A stretch of 64,000 nt of DNA from Ignavibacteria bacterium (GCA_016720145.1 JADJXV010000007.1:183634-247633); one strand, 5' to 3'; positions 1 to 8,679 are shown, counted from the stretch's first letter. The notes: generated from the sequence alone by a model not told the origin. A program made the numbers and translations.

Positions 1-35
1 CATTTGTGGGGAATACGAGGCGAAAGAGGATCATT

Positions 36-104
36 ATGTGGCTCACGGGGTTAGTGTGTATTGTGGTGGCGCTTGTATTGGGGATTTTCGGGGCGGTGTG
101 GTAG
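36..104 (+). CDS. possible 22-aa hydrophobic small membrane peptide (MWLTGLVCIVVALVLGIFGAVW)
   Basis: ATG at 36 with AAGAGGA about 5 nt upstream. One TM-like helix. Below the 60-aa ORF-track cutoff. No homology claimed. Confidence 0.25.
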   Translation: MWLTGLVCIVVALVLGIFGAVW

Positions 105-244
105 CCCAAAAATCTACGGTTGAAACCGTTGGATTGGTTGTATCGTGCGAATTGGAAATGGTCATCACTATTCTCTGCTTTCAAAACCGTTGAAACGGTT
201 TACAACCTCGTCTTGGCTTTTGACCCCATGATTAAAATCATGGG

Positions 245-1015
245 CTATGTTTTTTTACCGTATGTCATTGTTTTTTTTTGATAGCACCCATCTCTCAGCA
301 CCGGCACATTCACACTTGCGTTCAGGGCGCAGGCAATTTCGATGTCATGTTCGCAGCCGCGGGCGAGGAGTTCTTTGCCCGAACTGCATGATTGTAATTC
401 AGTTAGGATATTCTTCCGCACCGACTCAAACACTCTTTCCGCTGCTTTGCTTTCCGGCGAGCGTTCGCCTTTCAGGTGTGCAATGATCGCTCCTGCGCCA
501 ATCATATCCTCAATTGCGACTCTCAATGTGCCATCTGGCCAGCGTTCACCGGCGGGAATGACGGCTATCGTCGTGCCGATACTCATGGCATACTCAGCGA
601 CTGCTTTGGCATTACGAATACAACCGCAAACCGTTGGCGTGTTTCCGGTTGCAAGCGAGAGCGTAGAGCCGTTCGGCGAGGGCAGGACCAGTTTTGTATT
701 CGGAGTAATACCAAGCAGGGAAGCAGGCGACAGCGTATAGCCGGTCGATGCTGCGCGGTGCGAATGAGCGAGTTCGGCGCCAAGCGACTCGGCATACGTC
801 ACCGCCGTATCATCTTTCCATTGATAGGGATAGACAAGTGCGCCGCGCGCGGTAGCAACATCCACCGACGTCGAAAACGAGAGGATATCGACAATAATCA
901 CCACATCGGATATGGGGGCAAGCTCTTGCGTGCCGCGGAGTCCCCATTCTGAGCGTATGGTGTATTCGTGTTGGTTGAAGAGCATGGGGAGAAGCGAGAT
1001 GATTAATTGATACAA
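245..1015 (-). CDS. comB: 2-phosphosulfolactate phosphatase (ComB) family protein
   Basis: 256-aa ORF. The N-terminal VVIIVDILSFSTSV segment and the overall length resemble the ComB family. Assignment is from recalled family features. Confidence 0.65.
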   Translation of the reverse strand: MYQLIISLLPMLFNQHEYTIRSEWGLRGTQELAPISDVVIIVDILSFSTSVDVATARGALVYPYQWKDDTAVTYAESLGAELAHSHRAASTGYTLSPASLLGITPNTKLVLPSPNGSTLSLATGNTPTVCGCIRNAKAVAEYAMSIGTTIAVIPAGERWPDGTLRVAIEDMIGAGAIIAHLKGERSPESKAAERVFESVRKNILTELQSCSSGKELLARGCEHDIEIACALNASVNVPVLRDGCYQKKTMTYGKKT

Positions 1016-1039
1016 TCTGCGTTGTTATTATATGTTACT

Positions 1040-1783
1040 TCACCACTTATACATCCACTTATCACTTTTAGGTGGGGGGGTATTCAGATAATTAGCATAG
1101 AAGTTCACAGCTTCTTTAAGTTCAGCAAAATATTGCCTATCTTGCAGGTTCTCACCAAATGAAATATAGAATTTGTCTAAAGTTCTAGGAACTTCATCAC
1201 AATACACCGTTGGAAATATATAGGTATCTAGCTCCCAAGTCTCTTTAATATTTTTATCAATGCTAAATCTCAACCAATAATGTGTCGTAAAGGGGTATAA
1301 TTTTTCGAACGCTTTATTGTCTTTTAGTTCTTTGAGGAGTTCAATGTAACACCTTTTCCATTCTGCATGTTCCCAAAAATCCTCGTCATTAAAGAACATG
1401 TTTTTCACCTTTGTCCACGCTTTATCAATGTCAGGATTCGGGTTTCGGTACTCAAAATCTTGATATATCTCAAGTTCCTCATAACTACGTTTGATTTCTG
1501 CAATGTCTATTTGTTTTTTTACCCAAAGATCAACCACACCTTTAATTTCTAATCGGTCATTGAATAATCCTCTCGCATAACACATCTCGTAATTCTTTTC
1601 ATCTGTCCGCTCAAAAAGTACTAACGCATACTTTTCCAGTGGCTTTGCATATTTAACCCGATAGTCTCGACCGAGTGGGTACACGGAGGTTTTCGTAGTC
1701 GATGTATTTTGACTTGTGTACGTAGGTTTTTCTTCGGAGAATAGGGTGTGAAGCTGATTTTGTATTTTGATTAAAAAGTTCAT
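1040..1783 (-). CDS. hypothetical protein (W/Y/F/E/K-rich, soluble)
   Basis: 247-aa uninterrupted ORF in visibly AT-rich DNA. No recognised motif. Flanked by repeat-rich non-coding DNA. Confidence 0.5.
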   Translation of the reverse strand: MNFLIKIQNQLHTLFSEEKPTYTSQNTSTTKTSVYPLGRDYRVKYAKPLEKYALVLFERTDEKNYEMCYARGLFNDRLEIKGVVDLWVKKQIDIAEIKRSYEELEIYQDFEYRNPNPDIDKAWTKVKNMFFNDEDFWEHAEWKRCYIELLKELKDNKAFEKLYPFTTHYWLRFSIDKNIKETWELDTYIFPTVYCDEVPRTLDKFYISFGENLQDRQYFAELKEAVNFYANYLNTPPPKSDKWMYKW

Positions 1784-1857
1784 AGTTAATATTTAATATT
1801 TAATATTCTTTACAACTTATATGTAAAAACTATGGTTAAATCGATATTATATTATTC

Positions 1858-2191
1858 TGTAGTAATTGTCGTGCTTGACAAAGTCATACGACAATTCACA
1901 CAGTAAGAACTGCTTTGTGTACACACTACTCAATTTGGCTAAAGCCAATAATTCATGGTCTTACTCCAGCTGAAGCTGGAGCCTAGTCAACCTGATTCTT
2001 CCTTGAGCACAAATGAATATTGGATGCCAATATGCGACAATCTTCCTGAATTGCCTCCAGCTTCAGCTGGTGGGGAAAAGAGTATGATTTGGGGCTTTAG
2101 CCAAATTGTGCTTGCAGTAAGAATTGTGCTGCTGTATGTAACTGAAAAAGCGAATCACTATTTCAGCACGACAATTCTCACAGTAAGAACA
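1858..2191. repeat. MITE-like nested palindromic element
   Basis: The 9-bp direct repeat ATATTATTC lies at 1849-1857 and 2192-2200. Imperfect inverted ends are TGTAGTAATTGTCGTGCT (left) and AGCACGACAATTCTCACA (right). The inner inverted repeat 1934-1981 versus 2054-2105 is built from the hairpins TTGGC-TAAA-GCCAA and CCAGC-TGAA-GCTGG. Confidence 0.45.
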
Positions 2192-2246
2192 ATATTATTC
2201 TAAGCTTAGGGCAATTCGAACATATACTCATTAACTCTCTCCTCCC

Positions 2247-2318
2247 TCCGCCTGGACGGCAATGGGTGCCCGCAGCAAACGTTTGGAATACAAGCGAACC
2301 GAATCCAAAACTCCTCAC
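2247..2318 (+). repeat. REP-like intergenic repeat, copy A (core GACGGCAATGGGTGCCCGCAG)
   Basis: About 70 bp alignable by eye with 16528-16598, 26673-26738 and, more weakly, 31829-31885. It abuts and overlaps the TGA stop of the ABC transporter gene. Confidence 0.65.
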
Positions 2319-4132
2319 CCATTCTTAAACTGTATATCATACAAGCGTTTATACGTGCCACCTTGGGCGAGGAGCGTGGCATGATTGCCCCGCTCTGTGA
2401 TGCGTCCGCCATCAAGAACGAGAATTTCATCGGCTGAGATGATAGTCGAAAGACGGTGGGCGATGATGATGGCTGTGCGATTCTCGAGAACGCGGCTGAT
2501 TGCTTCCTGTACTGCTTGTTCGGACTCGGAGTCGAGCGCCGATGTCGCCTCGTCGAAGATGAGAATTTCGGGCTGACGGACGATCGCTCGGGCGATGGAG
2601 ATTCGCTGTTTTTGTCCGCCTGAGAGGAGGACGCCGCGGTCACCGACATACGAATTATACCCTTCCGGCAGCTTGGCGATGAACTCATGCGCGTTGGCAA
2701 TTTTTGCTGCGCGCTCGATGTCCTCGGGCGTGGCATTCGGAAAACCGAGAGCGATATTATTTGCAATCGTGTCGTTAAAGAGCACTGCTTCCTGCGAGAC
2801 GATACCAAAAAGCGGTCTGTAACTGTCTATGGTGAAATTGCGGATATTCTCGCCGTCAAGCAGCACTTCGCCCTGATATGGGTCGTAGAAGCGAGCAATG
2901 ATATCGACCATCGTGGATTTCCCGCCGCCGCTCGGACCAACAAGAGCGAGTTTTTTACCCTTTTGCAGCGTGAAGGTAATATCTTGTAACACAGGATTAT
3001 CATTATACTTAAACGACATATTTTTTACTTCGAATTGCGAGCGAAGCCTCGTCACCGTTTTCTCGCCCGATGGCACACTCGGCATGCTGTCCATCACGGC
3101 AAAAACACGTTCGGCGGCGACGAGTCCGCGTTGAATCTGTGCCGGAAGTCCGGTTACGGAGGCAATCGGCGACATAATTCCAAAGAGTAAAAAGAGGAAT
3201 GCCATGAGTTCCGAACCCTGTAATTGTCCTTCAAACACCTGCATTCCTCCTACATATAGCACTGTTGAAAGTGCTACGATGGCGAGCATATCATTGACTG
3301 CCGGTACGAGGTCGCCTACTTTCTGACTTTTAATTGCAGCACGGACATAACGATACGTCTCATCCGTAAATCGTTTTACGGCATGACGTTCGGCATCGGC
3401 CGACTTGATGGCGCGTATCCCGGAAGTTGTCTCTTGGAGAACTGATGTAAAATTCGCAACAGTTGCCTGCATTCTTGATGCGTAGCGTCGTAAGAATTTG
3501 GTAGAAAAGCGCACGAGCACCAAGCTAAAGATACTTGTACTGAACGCAAGCAGAGTGAGGGTGGGTGAGAAGGATATCAGCAAACTCAGCATTACGATAA
3601 TCTGAATCGGTTCGCGGAAGACGACCATGATGAGTGGCGAAATACTTCCGTGCATTGTACCTATATCGTTGGTGACAAGAGAGATAAGTTCGCCTGATTT
3701 ATTCCGGTTGAAAAAGTCCATTGAGAGATTGATCATTCGTGTGAAGAGCTTATCGCGCATAGATTTGACCATTCCTTCGGCGAGGCGCGTATTGAAATTT
3801 CCACCAAGGTATTTAGCTATATTTTTGGCGAGGAAGGTGGCAATGATGAGCATACTCAGCCGTAGAAGCATTGTTCCTTTGTCATCTGTGATGACAATTG
3901 TAGTGATCATTCCATAGAACCAATCTTTTAATTCACTTAAAAATCCCGATGGTACGGGTGTAACAGGTGAAGGAGATTCATGGCTGAAAATGACTTTCAA
4001 TATCGGTTGAATAATTGCAATCGAAGCGGCTGTGAGTACAGAATACACGATATTGGTCACCATTGACAGTACAAATACCAGCTCAAAACCGCGAATAAAT
4101 TTGAAGACACGAAGTATCGTTTTCACGCACAT
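2315..4132 (-). CDS. ABC transporter, fused permease/ATPase (MsbA-like lipid/multidrug exporter)
   Basis: 605 aa. N-terminal six-TM-type domain, Walker A GPSGGGKST, ABC signature LSGGQKQR and Walker B ILIFDEATSALD. Confidence 0.85.
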   Translation of the reverse strand: MCVKTILRVFKFIRGFELVFVLSMVTNIVYSVLTAASIAIIQPILKVIFSHESPSPVTPVPSGFLSELKDWFYGMITTIVITDDKGTMLLRLSMLIIATFLAKNIAKYLGGNFNTRLAEGMVKSMRDKLFTRMINLSMDFFNRNKSGELISLVTNDIGTMHGSISPLIMVVFREPIQIIVMLSLLISFSPTLTLLAFSTSIFSLVLVRFSTKFLRRYASRMQATVANFTSVLQETTSGIRAIKSADAERHAVKRFTDETYRYVRAAIKSQKVGDLVPAVNDMLAIVALSTVLYVGGMQVFEGQLQGSELMAFLFLLFGIMSPIASVTGLPAQIQRGLVAAERVFAVMDSMPSVPSGEKTVTRLRSQFEVKNMSFKYNDNPVLQDITFTLQKGKKLALVGPSGGGKSTMVDIIARFYDPYQGEVLLDGENIRNFTIDSYRPLFGIVSQEAVLFNDTIANNIALGFPNATPEDIERAAKIANAHEFIAKLPEGYNSYVGDRGVLLSGGQKQRISIARAIVRQPEILIFDEATSALDSESEQAVQEAISRVLENRTAIIIAHRLSTIISADEILVLDGGRITERGNHATLLAQGGTYKRLYDIQFKNG

Positions 4133-4338
4133 CCATTGAATAAGTAAACAGAATTAACTATGTCAATTTACCGATTTTCTTGCAATGCAGTAGGTTAGTT
4201 GAGGAGAAAAAGTGGGTTTGTTCAAAATAAATTTAGTGTATGTTGTCGGAAAACGCTATTTTTGCAGTCCTTTTAGAATTTCCTGCCCCAAATTATGTGA
4301 ATTTCGGGGCTGTTTTATAAACAACCATAGGAGCAGAC

Positions 4339-4842
4339 ATGAGCGTCAAACGCTTGTACGAGACGACTATTATCGTTAATGCCGCATTGGAAGATAATGA
4401 TGTGGAAACGGTAGTCCGCCGTGTGACTGAGTATTTAGAAAATCACGGTGCCAGCATTGTAGAAATTGGACGTTGGGGCAGAAAACGCCTGAACTACCCG
4501 ATTAAAAAGAAATTTAACGGCTATTATGTGTATCTCGCTTTCGAGATTCCTACCAATATGTTGCCGATTATTGAGCGTTTCTTCATCCTTGAAGAGAACA
4601 TCCTCAGACACTTAACGGTGCTCTTACCACAAAAATTACGTGATTATCGCGCTGCCCGTACTGTTCACGCTTCGATGCAAGAAGGTCCTAAAGACGCCAT
4701 CAAAGAAGCGGCAGTAGTTGCTACTTCTGCCGCAGTGCTTACTGATATCGATGACGACATCGAAATCGATGACATTGATGTAGATGATATTGATGTAGAT
4801 GACATTGAAATAGATGCAGCCGACGAAATTGAGGCAGAATAA
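4339..4842 (+). CDS. rpsF: 30S ribosomal protein S6 with long acidic D/I/E C-terminal tail
   Basis: The N-terminal 95 aa match the S6 pattern (YETTIIVNA...GRWGRKRLNYPIKK...GYYVYLAFE). AGGAG lies upstream. The tail is DIDDDIEIDDIDVDDIDVDDIEIDAADEIEAE. Confidence 0.9.
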   Translation: MSVKRLYETTIIVNAALEDNDVETVVRRVTEYLENHGASIVEIGRWGRKRLNYPIKKKFNGYYVYLAFEIPTNMLPIIERFFILEENILRHLTVLLPQKLRDYRAARTVHASMQEGPKDAIKEAAVVATSAAVLTDIDDDIEIDDIDVDDIDVDDIEIDAADEIEAE

Positions 4843-4890
4843 TCCCATATTTATCAAATCTTTGCGAACATTACACATTTAGAGATTCCA

Positions 4891-5334
4891 ATGAAAATTA
4901 TTCTTCGACAAGATGTAGAGCATCTCGGCAAAATGGGCGAGATTATGACCGTGAAAGACGGCTACGCGCGCAACTATCTCATCCCGCGCAATTATGCCCA
5001 TTATGCTACACCCGGAGCTATCCGTGGTTTTGAATCCGAGAAAAAACGTTATTTAGCCCAAATGGGTAAAATGAAAGAAATTGCTGAGCTTCTCGCCGCA
5101 AAGCTTACTGAAACACAAGTAAGTGTTGGTATGAAAGTAGGAGAAGAAGGCAGACTATTCGGTACAGTGACCGCTCAAATGATTGCTGACGAGCTAGCAA
5201 TCCTTGGTCACCAAGTAGATAGACGATCAATTACCATCGACGAGCCAATCAAAACACTCGGCGTATTTGACGTAAAAGTAAAGCTTCATCCAGAAGTGAC
5301 TGCTTTCGTCAAAGTATGGGTAATCAGCGCTTAA
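4891..5334 (+). CDS. rplI: 50S ribosomal protein L9
   Basis: MKIILRQDVEHLGKMGEIMTVKDGYARNYLIPRNYA is the classical L9 N-terminus. 147 aa. Confidence 0.9.
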   Translation: MKIILRQDVEHLGKMGEIMTVKDGYARNYLIPRNYAHYATPGAIRGFESEKKRYLAQMGKMKEIAELLAAKLTETQVSVGMKVGEEGRLFGTVTAQMIADELAILGHQVDRRSITIDEPIKTLGVFDVKVKLHPEVTAFVKVWVISA

Positions 5335-5355
5335 GTGCTGACCTCAATAGACTTA

Positions 5356-5389
5356 AAAAGCCGCTTTCGTTGTCGAAAGCGGCTTTTTT
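5356..5389 (+). terminator. rho-independent terminator after rplI
   Basis: 10-bp stem GCCGCTTTCG/CGAAAGCGGC, 4-nt loop, then T6. Confidence 0.75.
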
Positions 5390-5724
5390 GTTCACGTTCT
5401 GCATATTCCAAGCTTTGGTCACCCGTTGCTCACACCATTTAGCACTAACACTAATTCTACTTTGGCACTATAATAATATACGTCAATACGATAAACCTTA
5501 GTAGAAATATGTCTGGTAAAGAATTCACCTTATTACCTTATTATACTCTTTTCCAGCGTAATGGATGCCTGCTTTTTATAAAATAAGGTTGACATCTAAG
5601 CGGGTATCGTGTGCTACTAAGGTTTTCATACTCATTCGCAAGTTGCTCGTTTATGGCTTAAAGTAAAGTGCCAAAGTCGAACTAAGTACGTAAAAAATAA
5701 AGTTGTAGTATTGTATTTGCCAAT

Positions 5725-5765
5725 TAAAAAAGCCCTGACCGATTTTCATCTGTCAGGGCTTTGTT
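5725..5765 (-). terminator. rho-independent terminator after the E2 gene
   Basis: Stem AGCCCTGAC/GTCAGGGCT. The minus strand reads hairpin then TTTTTT (A-run 5725-5731 on the plus strand). Confidence 0.7.
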
Positions 5766-5783
5766 TAACCATTCAACGGTCAA

Positions 5784-7613
5784 TTACAAATCCACTGTTT
5801 GTTCGTTCATTTTCTCGAGTGACTTACAGATGGCTGCCAAGCATTGCGTCGCGAGCGAACCGTCAATCACGCGGTGATCATACGTCAGCGAGAGATACAC
5901 CATTTGGCGGATAACAATTACATCTTGACCGTCAATTTCACGGACGACCGGACGCTTTTGAATTGCGCCGATACCCATAATCGCCGTTTGAGGTTGATTA
6001 ATCACCGGCGTACCGAATAAACTTCCGAATGAACCTACATTTGTGATAGTAAAAGTACCGCCTTGTACATCATCAGGAGCGAGCTTTTTGGTGCGTGCGC
6101 GGGTTGAGAGGTCAAATACTGCTCGTCCGAGTCCGGTTACATTAAGCGCGTCGGCATTTTTAATCACCGGTACAATCAGATTACCATCATCAAGCGCTGT
6201 TGCGAAGCTCAGATTGAGTCGTTTATGGCGGATGATATTCTTGCCATCGACACTCACATTTACCATCGGGAAAGCTTTGATTCCATCAAGTGCTGCTTTC
6301 GCGAAAAATGGTGTGTAGGTTAGTTTGAACCCTTCGCGTTTTTCAAATGCTGCTTTTACCTTTTCGCGTAATTTCACGATTCCTGTCACATCTGCCTCGG
6401 CAACACTTGTTACGTGTGGAGAGGTGAGCTTGGAGCGAACCATGTGGTCACTGATGAGTTGCCGCATTCTATCCATTGGAATTACTTCGTCATTATCACC
6501 ATAAACTGCCGGCGAGGATACAACGATTGGAGTAGGAGCAGAAACCGCTGTAGGTGCAGGAGCACTGGCTGGTGCTGGAGTAGGAATTGTAGCAGGAGTA
6601 GGTGCTGGTGCTGCCACCGGAACAGGAGCTTTGCCTGATTTACGAAGATCTATATAGCCAAGCAGATCATTCTTTGTAACGCGACCTTCGAGACCTGAAC
6701 CACTGATTGCTTCGAGTTCTTCAAGCATTACTTTTTCCGTTTCAGCAATTGTTCGTACAAGTGGCGAATAGAATCTTTTTCCGTTTGAACGTGGAATTTC
6801 AGCAGTTCCTCCGACGAAGACCGGTGCTGGTACAGATGCAGCAGCTCCATTAGAATAAACTTGCGCAGGTGGAGCCGCAACAGCAGGAGCTGTTGGAGCA
6901 GCTGGAGTTGGCATAGTTGCAGGAGCAGGTGTCGGTACAGGTGCTTGTGCCACTGCAGCCGAAGCACCGGTTGCAATTCGAGCAATTACTTTCCCTACTT
7001 CGATTACATCATTTTCAGCGGCGAATAATTCAGCAACAATGCCGGCATTCGGCGATGGCACTTCTGTATCTACTTTATCAGTCGAGATTTCGAGAAGAAT
7101 TTCATCGCGTTCGATTTTATCGCCCGGCTTTTTGAGCCATTTTAAAATTTTACCTTCTTGGATGGATTCACCCATTTTAGGCATCACGACATCAATCGAT
7201 GTTCCTCCGGATACCGGAGCAGTTGTTACAACAGGTGCAGGCGCAGTAACTGGTGCGGGCGCTGTCACCGGTGCAGGTGAGACGACAACAGGTGCGGGAG
7301 CAGGTGCAGCAGCGACAACAGGTGCAGCAGCGACAACAGGTGCAGGTGTTGGAGCTGCGACCACCGCTGCGCCGACTTCAGTTTCGATCACTGCAATGAC
7401 TTTACCTACTTCTATCGTATCATTTTCTTGAGCTAAGAGTTCGGTGACGATACCTGCATTTGGAGCGGGAACTTCCGTATCTACTTTGTCGGTCGAGATT
7501 TCGAGGAGTATTTCATCACGTTCGATTTTGTCTCCCGGTTTTTTAAGCCATTTTAGAATTTTGCCTTCTTGGATGGATTCACCCATTTTCGGCATAACTA
7601 CTTCGATTTTCAT
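5784..7613 (-). CDS. 2-oxoacid dehydrogenase E2 (dihydrolipoamide acyltransferase) with two lipoyl domains
   Basis: Two near-identical lipoyl domains (VVMPKMGESIQEGKILKWLKKPGDKIERDEILLEISTDKVDTEVP), Ala/Pro linkers, a subunit-binding domain and a catalytic domain with DHRVIDG. Confidence 0.9.
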   Translation of the reverse strand: MKIEVVMPKMGESIQEGKILKWLKKPGDKIERDEILLEISTDKVDTEVPAPNAGIVTELLAQENDTIEVGKVIAVIETEVGAAVVAAPTPAPVVAAAPVVAAAPAPAPVVVSPAPVTAPAPVTAPAPVVTTAPVSGGTSIDVVMPKMGESIQEGKILKWLKKPGDKIERDEILLEISTDKVDTEVPSPNAGIVAELFAAENDVIEVGKVIARIATGASAAVAQAPVPTPAPATMPTPAAPTAPAVAAPPAQVYSNGAAASVPAPVFVGGTAEIPRSNGKRFYSPLVRTIAETEKVMLEELEAISGSGLEGRVTKNDLLGYIDLRKSGKAPVPVAAPAPTPATIPTPAPASAPAPTAVSAPTPIVVSSPAVYGDNDEVIPMDRMRQLISDHMVRSKLTSPHVTSVAEADVTGIVKLREKVKAAFEKREGFKLTYTPFFAKAALDGIKAFPMVNVSVDGKNIIRHKRLNLSFATALDDGNLIVPVIKNADALNVTGLGRAVFDLSTRARTKKLAPDDVQGGTFTITNVGSFGSLFGTPVINQPQTAIMGIGAIQKRPVVREIDGQDVIVIRQMVYLSLTYDHRVIDGSLATQCLAAICKSLEKMNEQTVDL

Positions 7614-7757
7614 GTATTCTCCTAATTGATAGTATTTGCTGGATTGTTATGTTTTTACGACTGCAAATTACTGAATTTTCGTAAATTTACCAACGACAGA
7701 GTGGTGCGCAATCGTCATAATCGTGTTTTAATTTCTTTACTTTCATTCCGTTGTCAA

Positions 7758-8558
7758 ATGCCAACAGCTTCTTTTCCCAAACGAGTAATTTGCCTCACCG
7801 AAGAAACCACCGAAACTCTCTACGCTCTCGGGGCAGATGACCTGATCGTCGGTATCTCCGGCTTCACGGTGAGACCGAAAATCGCACGAAAAACCAAACC
7901 TAAAATCTCAACCTATCTAGACGCTAATATTCAGCAAATACTTGACTTAAAGCCCGATATTGTATTTGCTTGGTCAGATCTCCAAGCTCCAATCTGCGCC
8001 GATCTTATCCGAGCTGGTGTTGAAGTTCTCTGCTTCAATCACCGTTCCATTGACGGCATTCTCTCCATGATTCTTCGTCTCGGTTCAGTCGTTGGAAAAA
8101 CAAATGAATCTGAAAAATACATTCTGCAATTACAAACAAATCTATCCGCTATTTCAAAGCGAGCTACCAAACTCAAGCGCCGTCCGCGTGTCTATTTTGA
8201 AGAATGGTACGACCCGATTATTACCGGAATTTGCTGGGTGAGTGAAATCATCGAACTCTGTGGCGGCGATGACATTTATGCAGAGAATCGTGCATTTCCG
8301 GATGCAAAGCGTAGAATAATCGCAGATCACACTGAAATAATCAGACGCTCGCCGGATATCATGCTCGCATCATGGTGCGGCAAGATGTTCAAGCCGGAGA
8401 AAGTCCTTGCGAGAGTGGGATGGACGGAGATACCTGCCATTAAAAACAAGCAGATGCACGAGATTCACTCATCTATTATTTTGCAACCTGGTCCTGCCGC
8501 GCTTACGGATGGGGCTAGTGCGATGATGGGGATTTTTGAAAAGTGGGCGGTTGAATAA
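7758..8558 (+). CDS. BtuF-like periplasmic-binding-protein family (cobalamin/Fe-siderophore binding type), orphan
   Basis: The ORF-track start at 7626 is a TTG in the divergent promoter region. The first ATG is at 7758 (MPTASFPKRVICLTEETTETLYALGADDLIVG). PBP type-2 fold pattern. No signal peptide and no adjacent permease or ATPase. Confidence 0.6.
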   Translation: MPTASFPKRVICLTEETTETLYALGADDLIVGISGFTVRPKIARKTKPKISTYLDANIQQILDLKPDIVFAWSDLQAPICADLIRAGVEVLCFNHRSIDGILSMILRLGSVVGKTNESEKYILQLQTNLSAISKRATKLKRRPRVYFEEWYDPIITGICWVSEIIELCGGDDIYAENRAFPDAKRRIIADHTEIIRRSPDIMLASWCGKMFKPEKVLARVGWTEIPAIKNKQMHEIHSSIILQPGPAALTDGASAMMGIFEKWAVE

Positions 8559-8640
8559 TAAAACGGAGATGGCACAGATTCTTATGATTAAGGATGATTA
8601 TTAATGCGCTCCTTTAGTTCGATCGTTCTATTATATATAC

Positions 8641-8679
8641 AAAAAAAGACCCTTTGCTCTCTTTCGGGCAAAAGGTCTA
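8641..8679 (-). terminator. rho-independent terminator after the OMP gene
   Basis: Stem AGACCCTTTGC/GCAAAAGGTCT. On the minus strand the hairpin is followed by T7. Confidence 0.65.

Noticed and set aside
1955-2203. 82-aa plus-strand ORF inside the MITE-like element
   Set aside because: It spans palindromic repeat modules, has no SD or start context, and the same DNA reads open by symmetry. It is best treated as non-coding.
2206-2808. 200-aa minus-strand ORF overlapping the ABC transporter 3' end and REP copy A
   Set aside because: It is an out-of-frame overlap with a well-supported ABC ATPase domain. Its C-terminal part is just the translated REP repeat (CGHPLPSRRR-type text).
4768-4815. 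Short tandem repeats (15-bp units in rpsF, 18-bp units in E2 around 7303-7338) as possible CRISPR or non-coding arrays
   Set aside because: They are in-frame coding repeats (acidic tail, Ala/Pro linkers). There are no spacers and no cas genes, and no CRISPR-like array exists anywhere in the window.
6043-7629. Antisense ORFs inside the E2 gene (6043-6318, 6414-6638, 6728-6985, 6917-7135, 7039-7431, 7444-7629)
   Set aside because: They are shadows of the Ala/Pro-linker and lipoyl-domain coding strand. The minus-strand E2 reading has complete, recognisable domains.
7626-7757. TTG-initiated 44-codon extension of the BtuF-like ORF
   Set aside because: It begins 13 nt from the divergent E2 start, is hydrophobic/basic junk without signal-peptide features, and the first ATG gives a typical family N-terminus.
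7614-7757. Cobalamin riboswitch upstream of the BtuF-like gene. The same check was made for a TPP riboswitch at 36168-36378 and a SAM riboswitch at 28630-28781.
   Set aside because: No B12-box, THI-box (CTGAGA...) or SAM-I core motifs were visible by eye. This needs Infernal to be definitive.
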